Of a stretch of DNA of 64,000 bases, positions 15,001 through 21,000 are shown piece after piece. Origin of the DNA: Candidatus Aenigmatarchaeota archaeon (lineage in GTDB: Archaea; Aenigmatarchaeota; Aenigmatarchaeia; CG10238-14; SpSt-28). Location of the stretch: the NCBI GenBank assembly GCA_038997165.1, contig JAWBAK010000001.1:61926-125925 (forward strand), given 5' to 3'. The notes under the pieces were generated by a model. That model saw only the letters and a program-made list of their open reading frames with translations, made no database searches and was not told where the DNA came from. Position numbers and translations under genes: made by a program. Numbering within the stretch: the stretch's first letter is position 1; each line of letters begins with the position of its first letter.

Positions 15001-18000
15001 TAATTTCACTGTAGAGAAAAATGATGTAAGAATAGAATTAGTTGAAGGAAATAATTCAACTGTATGGCGAAATAATACAGAATCTGTAACTTTAAAAGTT
15101 AGAATTTACGATTTAGATCAAAAGATATATGTATCTTCTCCTTCAGCAAAAACATATTTCTTTATAACTTATGATGGAAATGTTTTTGATGAAGGAAGAG
15201 AAACTTATACAGATAATGAAGGTTATTCATACATTGATTTCGATCCAGATTGTAGATATAAGACAGGTGTTCAAAAATGGGTTGTGAAGATTATTAACGA
15301 TACTTATTATAAAGATTCTTCATCTCAAAACTTCACATTAAACATTTACTCTACTTTAATTCCGAATGTAACATTTCCAGATGGACATGCATTTTTAGTT
15401 GGGGAATTAGTACCTATAAATGTTAGCCTAAGAGATGAATGTGAATATGTAAATAAAGCAAGTGTAACAATAAGAGTTAGATATTTAGCAACTACATATA
15501 CTTGCACTCCAGTAAATAATATTGATAATGGAATTTATAACTGTGTTTGGGACTCTAGTGGAAAAGCATATGGAGGTTATGATGTAATAGCTATTGCTTC
15601 GAAATCTTTCTACGCATCTAATTCAACGACAAAACCTCTAGCATTTTATTTAGCATCAATACCACAGCTTTCTAACGCATCTGTTAATCCATTAGTTGGT
15701 GGATGGGGAGAAACGTTTACATTTAGCGTAAGATTAACTGATTTAGATAGAAATCAAAATAATGTTACCTTATGGAAAAGTTATGATAATCAAAGTTGGA
15801 TTTATGTAACAAGTAAATTAGTTACACCAACATATGCAGGATATTTAGTAAGTTTTGTTGTAACGTTTGATTGCGAAGATTTATTAAATGGTCCTCTAGT
15901 ATATTTCAAGTTTTCATCAAAAGATCAATTCGGTTATTATAATGAAAGTGGAATAATTAATGTTACATTTGAGCAAAACGATGCTTCATTAAGTATTATA
16001 GAATATAATTCAAGCGTTAGAAGGCTAGAAAACAATATATCGTATTTCTTACTTAGAGTTTACGATAGCGATAGAAAAGTTTATCCAAATAATACAGAAG
16101 TCACTTTATATATAACTGAAAATGGAAATGACTATACAATAGAAATTATTAATCAAACATATTTAGGAAATGTATCTTTCTATTACGATCCTACATGCTC
16201 TTCAAACGTAGGAATTCAAAAATGGTATGCGAAAATCACAGATGTTTGTTATAAAAATGTTAATACAACAGAAAGAGCTTTAACTGTTATTGGACAATTA
16301 TATATAGACATCTTGAATCCAAAAAACAATCAAATCTTAAACAGAAATACTACTTATTACTTTAATTCTAGCGTATATGATGAATGTAATTTAATAATCG
16401 ATAATGCAAATGTTAGCTGGTTCTTTGGAAATACAAGAATTGGTACTACGTATAACGTTACATATACCATTCCATTTAACTATAAGTTAGGATTAGAAAA
16501 TGTAAAAGCAAACACTTCTAGGATTTATTACGATCCAAATGAAAAGGTTATAAATGTTTATGTTTATGGATTTGCAGATTTAACAGAAATTTATCCACAA
16601 ACAAATTCAAAATTCTTAGCTGGAGAAATAGTAAATTTAGTTTGCAGAGTTATGGATAAAAATCTAAATGTACCAATCGAAGGATATACAGTATATTTCT
16701 ATAGAAACGATACATTAATAGGAAGCTCGCTAACAAATTCTAGTGGATATGCAACATTCAGCTGGTCAACAGTTAACGAATTAGCTGGATTTGTAGAGAT
16801 GAAATGTAGGATAACTAACGACGATATTAAATATTATAATGCATCTATTTCAGAAATTTCTTCTTTAATAAGAATTAGAAGACCTATAACAATAAGAGAG
16901 ATTTCTGTTACACCAAATGAAATTTATAGAAATGATACTTTTTCACCAAACATAGCTACTATAAAAGTGAGAACATATGATTCAATAATAGCGGCAACAA
17001 GTAATGCAATAGTTTATTTCTATAACGAAACAGATTTAATTGGAAACTGCACACCAGATTCTTTTGGCTATTGTTCGATAACATATAATCCACCCAACGA
17101 AACTAATGTTGGAATTAAATACATTTACATAAACGCAACACCAACGATAGAAGGTAGAGAAAACTCAGATACATATATCACATCTTTTATAGCAAAAGGT
17201 AAATTATATATTCAAATATTAGAACCTTCGAACTCTAGCATATTTGCAAAATCTTCAACAGTTAATATAAGAACTTATGTAACTAGTGAAAATGGCGAAA
17301 ATATTCCTGCATTATATCCAAATTCAAGAGTAAATATTACAAACTCTTCGAGCATAATTGGTTTCGCTTATCCAACAGGGGAGGCAAATATTTATGCTGG
17401 AAGCTTTAACTTATTAGATCAAAAAACTGGATGGTTAAATATATCTACTATAATAAACATTCCATATTATGATTCTGCAGTAGATTCTATATGGATATTA
17501 GTAACTGGTTTAGCTGGAGTAGAATTTACATTTCCAAGCAATAACCAAGAAATAACTTATCCTTCAACAATATATCCAACTTGCTTAGTTAAAGATTTAG
17601 ATAGTGAAATCGGAATAGAGAATTATCCTGTAGAATTCTATTATAAAACGTCAAGTAGCGATTGGATATATGTATCTACAGAAATAACGAATTCTAGTGG
17701 ATTAGCAAACATATCTTTTACAACCCCATCAAAGGGAGAGTTTTACTTTAAATGTGTTATTAGCGATAATGCAACTTTGGTATATTCTGCTATATATAAT
17801 GAAAGCATTGTTAGAATTTTAGTTAAAGATCTTACCCCACCAGAAATTTTAGAAACTTCAATAAGTCCGACATATGATATAGAGGCAAATAGAGATTTTG
17901 TAAATATTTCTGCAGTAGTATCTGATAACATAGGAATTAGTGAAGTCTGGGCAATGATTGGCTTGCCAAATGGTAGTTCAGTAAGAGTAAATATGAATAA

Positions 18001-21000
18001 AATATCTGGAAATTTAACATATGGATTTTATTCAGCCATTTATATTCCTCCAATAGGCGGAGAATATAATGTAACAGTATTTGCAAAAGATTTGCCACCA
18101 GAAGCAAATGTTAACTCATCTTTTGCAGGAATTTTCTACGTATTTGGAAAAACTAATCTTGAGCTTAACGTATTTCCAGAAAACATTATTGCAGATGGTA
18201 TTACAATATATAATGGCTATCCTTTTGAAATAATAATAAATGTTAGTAATTTAGGTCCCGCGACAGCATACGATTTAAACATAACACTATTTGATGACAG
18301 TGGAAGAATTGAATATTCAACTAATATTATTACTATTTCTAACATAAGCAGGTATATAAACATCTCGCAAATGATTATGGCAAGAGTAAAAGAAGCTACA
18401 CCAGCACAAACCATTAATATATTCGTTAACCTAAGCTGGAGAAATCCAGATTTAACATATAACTATACTGTTAAAAGAATATTCGTAATAGTTGCAGAAA
18501 ATCCAAAATTAGAAATTAAGCCAGAATATATCAATGAAGTTGTTGAACACGACACAATAAAGATTATAGGTAGTGTAAACATTACAAATATTGGAAACGT
18601 GCCAATTACCGAAATTTTACTCTCTACAGATTTAAACACTCCGTTTTATATGTATTGTTTGAATTGTTCCATATCACTATTTCCAACATATCAAGGATTC
18701 TTAGCAATGGGTCAAAGCTTTATTAGTGAAATTACTGTTAGTATTCCTGCGGGCCAAGATCCTGGAAGTTATTGGAGTAGGATATTAGTTTCTTCAAAAG
18801 AGGCAGCCACTGTTTATTCAATAATAAATATAACTGTACCTATAAATAATTCTTGGATTATTGATAAAGAGATTAGTGGAATAATTCTAGCTCCATTAGG
18901 AACTAAAAAAGAAATTGACAAAATTAACTTTTCGAATATTGGAAATGTTAATGTAACTATCTCTATATACTTAAGTGGAAGAGGTGCCGAATTAGTAAGA
19001 GTAGAAAATAGAAGTTCATTTTCTTTTGTATTACCAAAACAAAAAGAAAGATTAGTTTCATTTAGTTACGATATACCAAAAACTAAAAATGAAGGACTTT
19101 ATGATGTAAGAGTAGTAATGGTAAGTACAGATGGTTATCCGAATCTAAGAGAATTTATATTTACGTTAAATGTAACAGATATTCCACCAATAATAGAGAA
19201 TGTAACATTTTCAAAAACAGATTTTGAAATAAACGAAACTATAAATGTAACTGCAAAAATATATGATAACATTGAATTAGATAAAGCTTGGATAAACATA
19301 TCTTATCCAAACAATACTTATGAAATTAAATTGCTGAAGAAATTGCAAGACGATATATTCTACGAAAATATTTCATCTAGAATTGCTGGAGAAATTAAGA
19401 TATCAATCTGTGCAAACGATACTAAAGGTTTAACCAGTTGTACAGAAGAGTTTATAATTAGAGCTCATTCAAAAACTATTTTAGATGTTCTATCAGAAAA
19501 AATAGTTTTTGAAAACGTTACATTAAGAAATTCTCAAACAAAAACAGTTATACTAAACTTAACTAACTTAGGTTTTGCAAGAGCATTTAACGTTAGTATA
19601 AAAGGTGAAGATGAAATTTTTGATATTACTTTAACTAATGTATCATTAATTTTGGCTAGAGAAATAATTCCAGTAATTGTTAATATAACAGCATTAAATG
19701 GAACCTATAGTGGAAATTATTCTGCAAAAATAAATATAACTTGGATTAATTTAGATGGAAGCATTGAAAGTAAAATATCTTTAATTCCAATAGAAGTTTT
19801 GCCAGTTCATTTGATAGAAATAGAAAATAAAACAGAATATATTAAAAACAATGAAGAAAGAATTGTTAATATATCTTTATCTGCTGTAGGAAATGTTAAC
19901 GAAACTAATATAACATTAATTTGTTCTGCAAACTGCGAATTGTTTAAAATAGATCTAAACGAAACTATTGATAATATAGCACTTGGAGAAACCATAGAAA
20001 TTCCAATAAGAGTTTTTGTTCCTTCTGATTTAGAAAGTGGGGAATATATGGTTGAGTTAAAGGCTTATAATGAATTTACTTCAGCAACCGGATATCTAAA
20101 AATAATCGTTCCTATAAACATTTCTTGGGAAATTTATCCAATTTATGAAGAAATAGAAAGCGTACAGGGAGAAGAATTATTTAGAAATATAACAATAAGA
20201 AATACAGGAAATTTAAGATTGTTATTGAATTTGTCTTCAATAGCAATAAACGGATCTAACTTTATATATTTTGAAAATGATAAAAACTTTACTACAATAA
20301 GTTTAAGAGTTGGTGAAACAAAAATTATTCCAATAAAAATAGTTGTTCCTATAGTTTACGATTATTCCATTTTTGAAAACAGAATAGTTTCGCTTAACTT
20401 TACAACTCAATCTGGCTTAATAACTAAGAATTCTACATTTATACTTAAAATACATCCATTATTTGTAAAAATAATCGAACCTACAGAATCGAATCCACTA
20501 AAAAGAGTTGTTGCTGGTGATACTATTTATGCTAAGGTAAATGTAAGTTATGGAAATGAAACTTTAACATCTAATGTTAGTTTTCAAATATTTTTATCGA
20601 ATGAAACATATAGGCATGAAATAGAAAATTTCACAGCTCAATTCTTAGTAATTGAAAAATTATGGTTATTAACATTCATAGCTCCTAATTTAACAGAAGG
20701 AATAGGATATGATTTAATCGTTAATGCTACATATTTATTAAAAAATGTTTCAAAAATAGATGTAGAACCAAAATCAATAATTTATCTTGACACTATTCCG
20801 CCAGAAATTGAAATAATTATTCCGGCTAGAATTAGAGTTAATACATCAGCTATATTCTGGTTTAATATAACAGATTTAGGTGGAGTAGAAAGTGCTAATG
20901 CTATAATAATTAAACCAGATAGCAATATTAGTGAATATAATTTAACGTTTGTAAAAAGAATAGGAAGTACATATATATACAAATTAGAGTTTAATGAAAC

